Below, one piece after another: positions 37,701 to 48,351 of a stretch of 64,000 nt of DNA. Position 1 is the first letter of the stretch. Each line of letters opens with the position of its first letter. The stretch comes from Azolla caroliniana (Eukaryota; Plantae; Polypodiophyta): contig JBHGNT010000006.1 of assembly GCA_043228905.1 (NCBI GenBank), forward strand, positions 20,336,001-20,400,000. The letters run 5' to 3'. The translations under genes were made by a program, and so were the position numbers. The notes under the pieces were generated by a model. It was not told where the DNA came from. It saw only the letters and a program-made list of their open reading frames with translations, and did not search any database.

Positions 37701-37988
37701 AGGAGTTTAAGGGGAGATGGGTGGGCGAATGCCATTCGAGACAATCAAGCCTTGAAGACAGACATGGACCAAATGAAGGTTCGTGTGAATGACCTTGAAA
37801 AAGAGTGCTCAGAGATGCGTGAGGAGTTAGGGAAGCTCGGAAAAGCTCGAGGTCTAGGAGGCCTAATAAAATCTCACATATGTAAGACCAAGGGAAATGA
37901 TGTACAGGATCAGAGTCTTCCAAGTGGCAATGTGAGAGGCCATTATTCAAGGAATTCTAAACACCATAGAAACTCCAGTCTTACCTAG
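34703..37988 (+). CDS. BTB/POZ-NPH3 domain protein (NPH3/RPT2-like, NRL family); 4 coding exons, ~632 aa
   Basis: Exons: 34703-34761 (MACVKIGSKVDGFQRKGQAW), 35730-35799 (FCTTGLQSDVVIEVSEMSFHLHK), 35890-37119 (FPLVTRSG..FELAAKFCYG..DWWYED..DGLYRAIDIYLK), 37449-37988 (AHP..CQKLSLDACAHAAQNERLPLR, coiled coil). GT-AG introns, 1899 nt in frame. Confidence 0.95.
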
Positions 37989-40017
37989 CTTTTCTAGGTA
38001 ATGATGACAATGTAATTTTATTGTAACAGATAAATATGGATATTGATGTATCAAATATTTTTCTAAGTTTCGGCGCCTTTGGACTTTCTGCATTGTTATG
38101 ACTGGAGTCCAAAGTAGCCGAATCTTATTTCTGACGCTGCGATGATTCGTTAGCAAGTTGTTAAGTTTGAAGCAAAATTTGTAGGTGGGCTCTATTTGAT
38201 AGCACCGTCTGACTGACTGACATTCTAAAACGTTTCTAGATATTTATTTGAAACTTCACCATGTCCATTTTCAAAGACGTGCCTTCGCAAATTACAATAT
38301 GCAATCATTTTTTCTTCTATATAATTACCTTACATTACCTGCACATCCTCATACTCTCATTTGTTTTTTCAAGCAGGATTATGAAACCTAAGTTTGTGCT
38401 TTTGATCAGAATAATCTCAAACAATCATCTAATAGTTTTTGCAATAGATGTTATGCCATCTATTTTTGTTCTGTAGTATATAAATTGGTTTACCATATTC
38501 TTTAGGATTATAAACTTACCAATTATGGATCATGATGTGCACTATATAATTCAGAATGCTAAGTATTCCAACCCTTAGCAACCTCTTTGTCTCGCTTAGG
38601 CTGATGTCTTTGATCACAAGACTAATTTGAAGAAATATCTTTTGTAAAAGTAAACCTTTTGCCATTTCTCGATGATAGAATTTGATTGAACGGAAAATAG
38701 GGAGTGATAATGACATAGATTGAGCATTGTTACATAGGGGAACATTGATGTGTTACTTGAACAAGATGCGCTTCAGTGAATATTATTAATGGGTTCATAG
38801 TTGTAGATTAGTAAGTTAAAACATGGGGTTTATGGTGTCTAAATTTACTTTCACTCACATTCATCAATGCTTTCAATGCACATCATAGTCATGCTACACT
38901 CATTGAGACCTTTCTAGACACATAATAATCATGCAAAAGAATGATTGTATTTAACATATTTGAGATAGATATTGGAAATTAGGATGAAGTTCAATCCATA
39001 GAAATATGTTTAGAAATACTCAAGTGAACAACATGGAAACTTGAACAACTCTCCAATTTTACATCCCAAGCTTTATCGCAACAAAGGTTCAAGCATAATC
39101 ATTAAGCTTGAAAACCAAGAAAGAATGAACTCACTACCCAGTATTGGAAGAGAAGCCATTCTATTTGCATTTGCACAAAGTACTATCTCAACTAGTCTCT
39201 CGGAAATGGTGCTCTCATTCCCTAAAGCATTGGTTGAATTGATGAATGGTATGGGCGGAAGTAGTTATGAAAGAGAACAAAATGAAGTTAAAAGAAGGTA
39301 CAAAGTTTCTGCTGATTTCGATAAGGTTCTCTTGTCTTCCTCGAAACAAATAGGGATCATTAGAAGTAGTTTCTACGTTTGTGATCTTCTGGATTTGGCC
39401 AAGTGATTTCCAAAGCCATAACACGAACAATATAACTCCAAGACATTTGGCATCCTCTTCCTCTTTTCACCATAGATGGCTATGGAACCTCCAAATACCT
39501 CCCCATATACATGTGGCCTCATATAGAGGAAATGGAATGGGTGGGGGTCCATTGAGAACATGAGGTTCATGTCAAAAGCCATGTATGAGCGTGTGTGTGC
39601 TTATTGAGCAAGCGAGCTAGCTAGTTATAGCTGTAGAGTTGTGATCATTAGCTCTAAATAACTCTAGAAAGATCATCACACCATATGCGCAACTCTGTCA
39701 CTGTAAGAATATATGCATGGTGTGACTAGGATCTATATTAGGGAAATACTGTGGATGTGCTACCAAGCATGCATACATAATGTATTCTTTGTGTAACCTT
39801 GCATGGCCATCTTCATGTGTGTAGAAAAATGTAGTCTGAATGAGCTTGTTTTAAGTAGATATATGCCCTCATTCTAGGTTTTTTAATTTTAAACTCAAAT
39901 TATTCCTTTTTTGATTGATCACCATGAAAATCCATTTTGGGCTCCTCGAGAGCTGGAGAAAAGACCCATTTTCTCAATCAGAGCTCTAAGGAAAGAGCAT
40001 GGCAAGAAGATGGAAAT

Positions 40018-43000
40018 ATGAGGAATTGCGAAGATATTACAGTCTTGTCTTTACTGAAGGTATGTGCCAAAACGAAGGATCTTTCTAAAGGCATTAGGGT
40101 ACATGCTGATATCCGGAACAGGGGTTTACTTGAAAAGAGTCCTCATTTAGGCAGTAGTCTAATAAACATGTATGCCAAATGTGGTGCCTTCTCGACAGCA
40201 GCGCAGATGCTGGAAGAGCTTCCGGTTCGAGATGTAATATCTTGGAATGCATTAATTGCTGGATATTCTCAACAAGGGCATGGCCATGAAGCAATCCTCT
40301 GTTTTGAAAGAATGAGAAGCGAGGGAATCTCTCCCGTTGGAGTGACGTTCACTTGCATCTTGAAGGCTTGTGGCAGCATCAAAGCTATAGACAAAGGTGA
40401 ACAAATTCATGATGAGATCTTGAGAAATGGCTTGTTAGTAGAGGATGCCGTGCTTGGCACTGCTTTGGTGGATATGTATGCTAAATGTGGTTTCCTTACA
40501 AAAGCACAAGAAGTGTTTGATGGGCTCCTCGTTCGTAACGTAGTCTCTTGGTCTGCATTAATTGCAGGGTATGCCCAGCATGGACAAGGTCATGAAGCAC
40601 TAGTCTGTTTTGAACACATGCAGAATGAGGGCCTATCTGCAAATGCGGTGACCTTTCTTTGTGCTTTGAAAGCATGTGCTTGTATAGGAGCCATTGAAAA
40701 AGGCGAACAAGTTCATGCAGAGATCATTTCTAGGGGGTTTCTAAAGAATGATGTTGTGCTTGGAAATGCTTTGCTGGATATGTACACCAAATGTGGAGAC
40801 TTGGTGAAGGCGGCACAAGTACTTGACGATTTTCCTTTTCGAAACATAGTCTCTTGGAATACACTTATTGGAGGGTATGTCCAACAAGACAAAGGGCATG
40901 AAGCACTGAACTGTTATGAACGAATGCAAAGAGAGGGTCTGTATCCCGATATAACAACCTTCATTTGTGTTCTGAAGGCATGTGGCAAGGTCAGAGCACT
41001 AGAAAATGGCAAACACATTCACAAGAAGATAGTAAGAAAAGGCTTATTGGAAAAGAATATTGATCTTGGCACTGCTTTGGTGGATATGTATGTGAAATGT
41101 GGTGACCTTACAAAAGCACGAGAAGTGCTTGAAGGGCTTCCTGTTCGAGATTTAGTTGCTTGGAATGCACTGATTGCAGGATATGCACAAGAGGGGCAAA
41201 TTTTTGAAGTATTGAATTGTTTTGAGCAGATACAAAATGAAGGCCTCTCTCCTGATGCTGTCACTTTTATTTTCATGTTGAAGGCTGCTGGAGACACTGG
41301 ATCTATAGATATGGGAAAACAAATTCATGATAAGATTGTTAACAGAGGATTGCTTAATAGTGTGGTTGGTAATGGTTTGGTGGATATGTATTCCAAATGT
41401 GGTCTGGTTGTAAAAGCACGGGAAATATTTGAGGAGCTTCCTTTCCGTGATGTGGTATCTTGGTCCGCATTAATTGCAGGGTATGTCCAACAGGGACAAG
41501 CTCATGAAGCATTGAAATGTTTTGAGCAAATGCAAGACAATGGTCTTTCCCCAAATAGTGTAACGTTTATCTGCATCTTGAATGCATGTAGGATCATAAA
41601 GGATTTAGACAAGGGGAAACAGATACATGAGGAGGTTGTGAGTAGGGGTTTGCTGGAGAAGGATATTGGTATTGGGTTTGCTTTGGTGGACATGTACGCC
41701 AATTGTGGTTTACTTGCAAAAGCACAAGAAGTGATTGATGCGCTGCCTATTCGAACTGAAGCATCATGGTCTGCATTGATTGCTGGGTATGCTGAGTGGG
41801 GAAAAGGGCATGAAGCAATAAAGTATTATGAATGGATGCAAAGTGAAGGTATTGCTCCAGATGTAATCTCTTTCGCTCGAATTTTGAAGGCATGTGGCAA
41901 TACAGGAGCTATTGAAATGGGCAAACAAATTCACAGCAAGATTTTGAGTAGTGGCTTGTTGAAGAAGTCTAGTGTGCTTGGCACTGCTTTGGTGGATATG
42001 TATGTCAAATGTGGCATGCTTGCAAAAGCACAACAAGTGCTCAATGACCTTCCTATACAAGATGCAATCTCTTGGAATGCATTAATTGCAGGGTATGCCC
42101 AGCAGGGACTATGTGATGAAGCACTGGGTTGTTATGATCGAATGCGAAGTGAGGGTCTTTCTCCAGATGCAGTCACATTCACTTGCATCTTAAAGGCCTG
42201 TGGCAGTACAAAAGCGATTGGCAAGGGAAAACTAATTCATGAGGAGGTTTCAAATAGGGGCTTACAAGAGAAGAATGTTGTGGTAGCCACTGCTTTGGTG
42301 GATATGTACATGAAATGTGGAGTGTATCTGAAAGCACAAAGACTGCTAGAAGAGCTTCATATTCGTGATTCAATATTGTGGAATGCTCTAATTGCAGGGT
42401 ATGCCCAACAAGGAGAACATCAGGAAGCAGTAAATTGTTTCCTCAGAATGCAGAGTGAGGGTCTTGCAGCAAATGAGGTTACATTTGGTTGCATTTTAAA
42501 GGTTTGTGGCAGAGTAGGGTTTATAGAAAAAGGAAAACAAGTTCATGATGATATTGTGAGAAGGGATATGCTCCAGAATGATGTTCTTCTCGGCACTGCT
42601 TTGGTAGACATGTATGCCAAATGTGGAATGCTTGCCAAGGCGCATCAAGTGCTTGAAAATCTTCCAGTTCACGATGTGATCTGTTGGAATGCATTTATTG
42701 CAGGGTGTGCTCAACAGGGGCAAGGCTATAAAGCATTGCAAGCTTACAGACAAATGCAAAATGAGGGTCTCTCTCCAGATAAGATCACATTCCTGTGTGT
42801 TTTGAGTGCATGCAGTCACTCTGGCCTATTGGATGAAGCTGAGATGGTGTTACAAGATATGACCGGAAAATATGGCATTTCTCCAAGCTTAAAGCATCAT
42901 ACTAATATGGTGATGGTATTTGGATTGGCCGGGCACTTTGATAAGGCAATATCCGTAATGAAAGGAATGCCATCTTCTGATCATTCTGAAATTTGGCTTG

Positions 43001-43185
43001 CACTTCTTTGTGGTTGTAAAAAATGGGGAAATGTGAAGCTTGGAAGGCTAACTTTTGATCAAATGGTTCAATTAGAGAATTACTGTGGTGCGGCTTATGT
43101 TTGTATGGCTGATATTTTTGTGGCTGCTGGCATGCAACAAGATGCAAAAAACATTGACGCCATGAGGCTGAAATATGTAGCTTGA
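40018..43185 (+). CDS. PLS-class PPR protein, E subclass (PPR-3)
   Basis: Frame open from 39937, first ATG at 40018. 9 S motifs; ends E1-E2 ...DAMRLKYVA*. A 5' exon is possible (pyrimidine tract plus CAG at ~39967-39981). Confidence 0.93.
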   Translation: MRNCEDITVLSLLKVCAKTKDLSKGIRVHADIRNRGLLEKSPHLGSSLINMYAKCGAFSTAAQMLEELPVRDVISWNALIAGYSQQGHGHEAILCFERMRSEGISPVGVTFTCILKACGSIKAIDKGEQIHDEILRNGLLVEDAVLGTALVDMYAKCGFLTKAQEVFDGLLVRNVVSWSALIAGYAQHGQGHEALVCFEHMQNEGLSANAVTFLCALKACACIGAIEKGEQVHAEIISRGFLKNDVVLGNALLDMYTKCGDLVKAAQVLDDFPFRNIVSWNTLIGGYVQQDKGHEALNCYERMQREGLYPDITTFICVLKACGKVRALENGKHIHKKIVRKGLLEKNIDLGTALVDMYVKCGDLTKAREVLEGLPVRDLVAWNALIAGYAQEGQIFEVLNCFEQIQNEGLSPDAVTFIFMLKAAGDTGSIDMGKQIHDKIVNRGLLNSVVGNGLVDMYSKCGLVVKAREIFEELPFRDVVSWSALIAGYVQQGQAHEALKCFEQMQDNGLSPNSVTFICILNACRIIKDLDKGKQIHEEVVSRGLLEKDIGIGFALVDMYANCGLLAKAQEVIDALPIRTEASWSALIAGYAEWGKGHEAIKYYEWMQSEGIAPDVISFARILKACGNTGAIEMGKQIHSKILSSGLLKKSSVLGTALVDMYVKCGMLAKAQQVLNDLPIQDAISWNALIAGYAQQGLCDEALGCYDRMRSEGLSPDAVTFTCILKACGSTKAIGKGKLIHEEVSNRGLQEKNVVVATALVDMYMKCGVYLKAQRLLEELHIRDSILWNALIAGYAQQGEHQEAVNCFLRMQSEGLAANEVTFGCILKVCGRVGFIEKGKQVHDDIVRRDMLQNDVLLGTALVDMYAKCGMLAKAHQVLENLPVHDVICWNAFIAGCAQQGQGYKALQAYRQMQNEGLSPDKITFLCVLSACSHSGLLDEAEMVLQDMTGKYGISPSLKHHTNMVMVFGLAGHFDKAISVMKGMPSSDHSEIWLALLCGCKKWGNVKLGRLTFDQMVQLENYCGAAYVCMADIFVAAGMQQDAKNIDAMRLKYVA

Positions 43186-43419
43186 AAAAACTAAGGGCAT
43201 GGAAACATTCAATCATTTTCAGCTGGGAATTTTGAACATACCAAGACAGTCAGCAATTGCTTTTTTCTCAGAAAATTGTGTAAGAATATCTGTGAAGATT
43301 GTATTTATAACGTTACTTAATTGTATAAACAATAGCTTCATGCCACTGCGCTTTTCAAGCAAGCACAATGACCAACTATGTGTGTCAATGGCACTAAGTT
43401 GAATGATGTTTTATTTTTT

Positions 43420-43720
43420 TTAATTAATTAATTTTTTTAAAACAATCTTTTCATTTTCAAGCCTTATTCTCACATTTTAGGAAAATCTTTAAAATTTTGA
43501 AAAATTAAAAATTAAAATAGTGAAATATTTTATATTTTTTAAATTTAAAAGTTGAATTTTGACCTAAGTTGAAAACCGAAATTGAACCACGGTTTTAACG
43601 GTTTGAATTTTTTAAATGGTTCGGTTTAACGGTTTTGTGGTTCAATTCGGATCAAGTTTCAAAATTTTTAAACGGTTCGGTTTTGACACTCTCAAACCGA
43701 ACCGAACTGAACCGTTGCTG
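43420..43720. mobile_element. Non-autonomous DNA transposon/MITE end with AACCG/CGGTT subterminal repeats
   Basis: Dense AAACCG, GAACCG and CGGTT motifs in both orientations after an AT-rich stretch, typical of plant hAT-type non-autonomous elements. Confidence 0.6.
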
Positions 43721-45453
43721 ATTGTTAATGACCATTGCAGAAGTATTAGAGTTCTTGATGTACGAGTGATGGAAGTTATACAAATCTAGGTTTCTTAAGG
43801 CTCAAGGCAGATTTGTGATTCAAATGAATTAAGAATTGTGTGTGCAAGACATGCTGAGCTGATGAAATTTGCAACCTATTGTCATCATTATATTTCACAA
43901 GAATGCCATTAAAGGCTTGGTTCCTAGTCTTACTAAATAGATTGAACAATCACATTAGAAGGGTAGGACGCACGATCACTGAGATTTTTTCATACAAGTT
44001 AAATTCTCTTGAATAAATGTATCTAGGAACAAGGCAGGTTCTAAAAGAAAAGCAGTAAATGCCTAGTAAAGAATCATTTCAATCAAATAGTCTGTAAGAT
44101 TAAATCTTTCATAGTCACTTCATTAAAGGTCTTCTTGAAGCTCTTCATTGCCACATTAACTTGAAGGTATTCTTATCCTTAAGTTTTATATTACTTAAGC
44201 ATACAGAATTGATCAAGGACAGCGGGCTGCAGAAGCATGGCCAAGGTAGATTAATTCTTGTTTACCTAGACAAAGCTGAGTACCAAAGTAGTTTTTTTAT
44301 GACTTTCTGTATTAACAATGGTATTTGTAAATTGAAATTGTGTACAGTAACACAAAATAAAAACAATCACAGGACAAATTGTGTTTACTAATCTTTATTT
44401 CATTAATCATGGTAATAATCTGGTCTATTATATACAGTTTTGTACATCTCTAAATTTATGACATAGGTCATGGCCCCTTCAGTCACTTCTTTTGAGGCCT
44501 TGTTGAAGCTGTCCAATAATGTGGCTTGCAATCAGTATTATGGTATGCTTCCTAAGATTCAACATTACATACTTTTTGTATGAAATAATGTTGAGTGTAT
44601 GAATGATGATATTTGGTTCACTCGCTAGTTTTCAATTGTCTTTGGCTGGGGTATATCAGTGTTTGTTTTATTGCAATCACTGTTTTGCCTTGCTGATTGG
44701 ATCCTGTGATGCTTGACAAAATATTTCCATCGTTTTGCTCTGCAGGGGAAAGTCCATGTTTCAATTTTCAAGGGCATAGTCCCCCTTGGTCGCACATAAT
44801 CTGTCCACAATGTTGAATAGGATGCTATGGGCATCTGCCATACATATGACATGCATACTAACATGCTCTTATAATGGTCCTTCATTCTATAGACTGAGTC
44901 AAACATCATCTACTTTGTTGATCCCATTTTTTAACTTTGTGGCACTCATACAAATGTAATTTGTACAATGCCCTAGTCTTACATAATCTTTTTAGTACTG
45001 TTCATTGGTTCAAATAGGTGTCATGGCATAAACAATGGGAATGAGAGCAGAATGGTGACTTTGCAAATGAGAAAAAACGAAGCAAACTTGCATCACACGC
45101 ACCTGTTGCATCTTTCATGATTTTATCTGCCTCTTCCATCTTTTCTTTCTAAGGGATATTGAATTTGGCCAACTCTAATCTTCCAGCATGCTATTCTGGT
45201 TGCTGCTTCCATGCAGCATTCTCACTGTCAATTTTTAAATGATTTGTACATCTTCTTGTGTGCGACCAACTTCAAATATACTGGTCATATGAATTATATA
45301 GTTGCACTATCTGATCCTTTATAAAACTAGACAATACCGGATGATATGCAAACTCTGCATCTGCATCTTCCATGCTTGCATCTTATTTGACCAGACATCT
45401 TTCTTTTGCCAATGTTGATCTGCTGTCTTCCTAACATAATTGAACAATCACAA

Positions 45454-48351
45454 TTATTGCAGAATATTTGAACTTGTCAACTTCGTTAATGTTGTTTTGC
45501 TGCTTCCACACAGCATTTTCAGTCTCAGGCCTTCAATGCTTTGTGCATCCTTTGGCATGCCAGCAGCTGCAAATATATTGGCCATAAGGACATGAGCTGT
45601 GGCACAGCAAGTATCCAGTTGTACTATCTGATCAAAAGCCAACAGCCCAAGTCTTACATTTACCCACTTGCTACAAGCCCCTAGGAGTGCCAGCCAAATT
45701 TCATGGTCAGAAGATGGGATTGCATTAATTATTGACACAGCCTTATTGAAATGACCTGCATAACCAAAAGCCACTACCATGCATGTATGGTGCTCTATAT
45801 TTGGAGTAATCCCATAGTTTTTGGTCATCTTCTCAAAAAGTGTTTGGGCCTCGTCCAATAAACCTGAGTGACAGCATGCATTTAGAATACTTACAAATGT
45901 GACTGCATCTGGGTGAACGTCATCATCTTGCATTAGTTTAATGCAGCTCATAGCTTCAAAGCATTGCCCATGCTGTGAATACCCTGCAATTACTGCATTC
46001 CACGAGACCGCATCACGAACTGGTAGCTCGTTTAGCACTTTCTGTGCTTTTGTAAGTTCCCCTGACTTGGCATACATATCAATCAAAGCATTTCCTAATG
46101 CAACATCCTTGTCAAGTAAGCCCCTGCGCACAATTTCATCATGAATTTCTTTGCCTTTGTCTAAAGCTCCTGTGCCACCACAGGCCTTCAGTATCCAAAT
46201 CAATGTGGTCTCGTTCAAAGTAAGACCCTCATTTTGCATAATCTTTAAACAGTTCAAAGCTTCATTATCTTGTCCTTGTTTGACACACCCTATGATTAAT
46301 GTATTCCAACAAGGTGTGCTTTTGATGTGATGTTCAATAAGTATCTCCAGTGCTTTTTTCAGAAAACCACATTCAACATACATGTCCACCAATGCAGTGC
46401 CAAGCACAAAATCATTCTCTAGGAAACCCTTATTCAAAATCTCATCATGAATTTGTTTGCCCTGTTCAACTGCACCTATAATACTACAGGCCTTCAAGAT
46501 GCTAGTGAAAGTGATTGCATCTGGAGCGACACCCTCATTTTGCATTTGTTTAAAACACTTTAATGCTTCCTGACCTTGGCCCTGCTGAACGTATCCTGAA
46601 ATTAATGCAGACCAAGAGACTCTATTACGAACAGGAAGTTGTTTGAGCATCTCTTGTGCTTTGGCAAGCACGCCACATTTGACGTACATATCAACTAAGG
46701 CAGTGCCAAGAACAATATCGTTTTCTAACAAACCTCTACGAGTAATCTCCTCATGAATTTGTTTGACTTTGTCTAAAGCTCCTGTACTACCACATGCATT
46801 CAAGATGCACATAAAGACAACAGCTTCCCGAGATATACGGTCATGTTGTGTCCACTCAAAATATTCCAATGCTTGATGATGTTGCCCAATCAATACAGGT
46901 GAAGAAATTATGTCCTCAAGAGGAAGTTCCTCGAGCACTTCTTGAGCTTTTGGAAGGAAACCGCATTTGCTGTACGTATCCACCAGAACACTGCCAAGAA
47001 TGATATCCTTCTCCAGGAAGCCCCTCCGTACAATCTGATCGTGAATTTCTCGCGTCTTATCTATAGCTTGCATATTACCACATGCCTTCAAGCTAGCAAT
47101 GAAAGTGAAAACGTTTGGACAGATACCTTCACTTTGCATTCGATCAAAGCAAACAATTGCTTCGCACCCCTTCCCTAGCTGACTATACCCTGCAATTAAT
47201 GCAGACCAAGAGACTACATTCCTGGCATGAAGACCTTCGAGCACCATCTGTGCTTTTTCAAGAGCGCCACATTTAGCATACATATCTACCAAAGTGGTAC
47301 CAAGGGCAATATCCTTCTCTAACAACCCCCTAGTCAGAATCTCATTATGAATTTCACTGCCCCTTTTTACGTCTCTTGTGCTGCCGCACACCTTCAAAAT
47401 GCAAGTGAAAGTGATAGCATTTGGAGTGAGACCCTCAAATTGCATCAATTCATAACAGTCTAGTGCTTTATGATCCCACCCATGTTGCACATACCCTGCA
47501 AAGAGTGAATTCCAAGAGACTACATCTCGGAAAGGAAGTTCTTCAAGAACTTGTCTTGCTTTTTCGAACATGCCACATTTGACATACATATCGACTAAAG
47601 AATTACCAAGTGAGATATTTGTCCACAGCAAACCCCTACTCAGAATCTCTTCATGAATTCTTTTTCCTTCAGTTATTGCTCCAATCTTTCCACAAGCCTT
47701 CAGAATGCAAATGAAGGTTATGACATTTGGAGTGAGATTATCACATCTCATTTGTTGAAAACAATCCAATGCCTCATGCCCTTGCCCATGTTCAGCATAT
47801 CCAGAAATCAATGCATTCCAAGAGACCACATTTCGGGCAGGAAGCTCTTCGAGCACTTGTTGTGCTTTTGCAAACATACCACATTTTGAATACATATCCA
47901 CCAAGGCCGTACCTAATATAACATCCTTCTCCAGAAAACCTCTTCTCACAATGTCATCATGAATTTGTTTTCCCTTCTCTATAGCTCCTATGCCACCACA
48001 TGCCTTCAACATGCTAGTGAATGTGGCAACATCTGGGGAAAGACCCTCTCTTTTCATTTGATCGAAGCAATTCATTGCTTCATTACTTTTTCCATGTTGA
48101 GCATACCCTGCAATGAGTGCATTCCAACATACAATATCTCTGTTAGGAATCTCTTCCAGAACCTGTTCTGCATGTGCTAGAGATCCACATTTTGCATACA
48201 TGCTGATCAAACTGCTACCTAGACACAGGTTTTTCTCAAGTAAACCCACCTTCAGAATCTCATTGTGTAATCTAATACCCTTACAAAGATCCTTCTTTCG
48301 TGCACAAGCCTTGAGCAAAGAGAGGAAGGTAAATACATCCTCATGGCTCAT
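45454..48351 (-). CDS. PLS-class PPR protein, E subclass (PPR-4), convergent with PPR-3
   Basis: First ATG at 48351; frame open to ~48384. 8 S motifs, one P motif with a ~6-aa deletion. Ends E1 (WLALLGAC) and E2 (AHVLMANIF). Confidence 0.92.
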   Translation of the reverse strand: MSHEDVFTFLSLLKACARKKDLCKGIRLHNEILKVGLLEKNLCLGSSLISMYAKCGSLAHAEQVLEEIPNRDIVCWNALIAGYAQHGKSNEAMNCFDQMKREGLSPDVATFTSMLKACGGIGAIEKGKQIHDDIVRRGFLEKDVILGTALVDMYSKCGMFAKAQQVLEELPARNVVSWNALISGYAEHGQGHEALDCFQQMRCDNLTPNVITFICILKACGKIGAITEGKRIHEEILSRGLLWTNISLGNSLVDMYVKCGMFEKARQVLEELPFRDVVSWNSLFAGYVQHGWDHKALDCYELMQFEGLTPNAITFTCILKVCGSTRDVKRGSEIHNEILTRGLLEKDIALGTTLVDMYAKCGALEKAQMVLEGLHARNVVSWSALIAGYSQLGKGCEAIVCFDRMQSEGICPNVFTFIASLKACGNMQAIDKTREIHDQIVRRGFLEKDIILGSVLVDTYSKCGFLPKAQEVLEELPLEDIISSPVLIGQHHQALEYFEWTQHDRISREAVVFMCILNACGSTGALDKVKQIHEEITRRGLLENDIVLGTALVDMYVKCGVLAKAQEMLKQLPVRNRVSWSALISGYVQQGQGQEALKCFKQMQNEGVAPDAITFTSILKACSIIGAVEQGKQIHDEILNKGFLENDFVLGTALVDMYVECGFLKKALEILIEHHIKSTPCWNTLIIGCVKQGQDNEALNCLKIMQNEGLTLNETTLIWILKACGGTGALDKGKEIHDEIVRRGLLDKDVALGNALIDMYAKSGELTKAQKVLNELPVRDAVSWNAVIAGYSQHGQCFEAMSCIKLMQDDDVHPDAVTFVSILNACCHSGLLDEAQTLFEKMTKNYGITPNIEHHTCMVVAFGYAGHFNKAVSIINAIPSSDHEIWLALLGACSKWVNVRLGLLAFDQIVQLDTCCATAHVLMANIFAAAGMPKDAQSIEGLRLKMLCGSSKTTLTKLTSSNILQ

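Noticed and set aside
39041-39580. Short ORFs, one containing RWLWNLQIPPHI (weak LINE zf-RVT resemblance)
   Set aside because: A single weak motif; not enough to call a feature.
44400-45190. Separate DYW exon downstream of PPR-4 or PPR-3
   Set aside because: No HxE(x)nCxxC deaminase signature found in the frames inspected.
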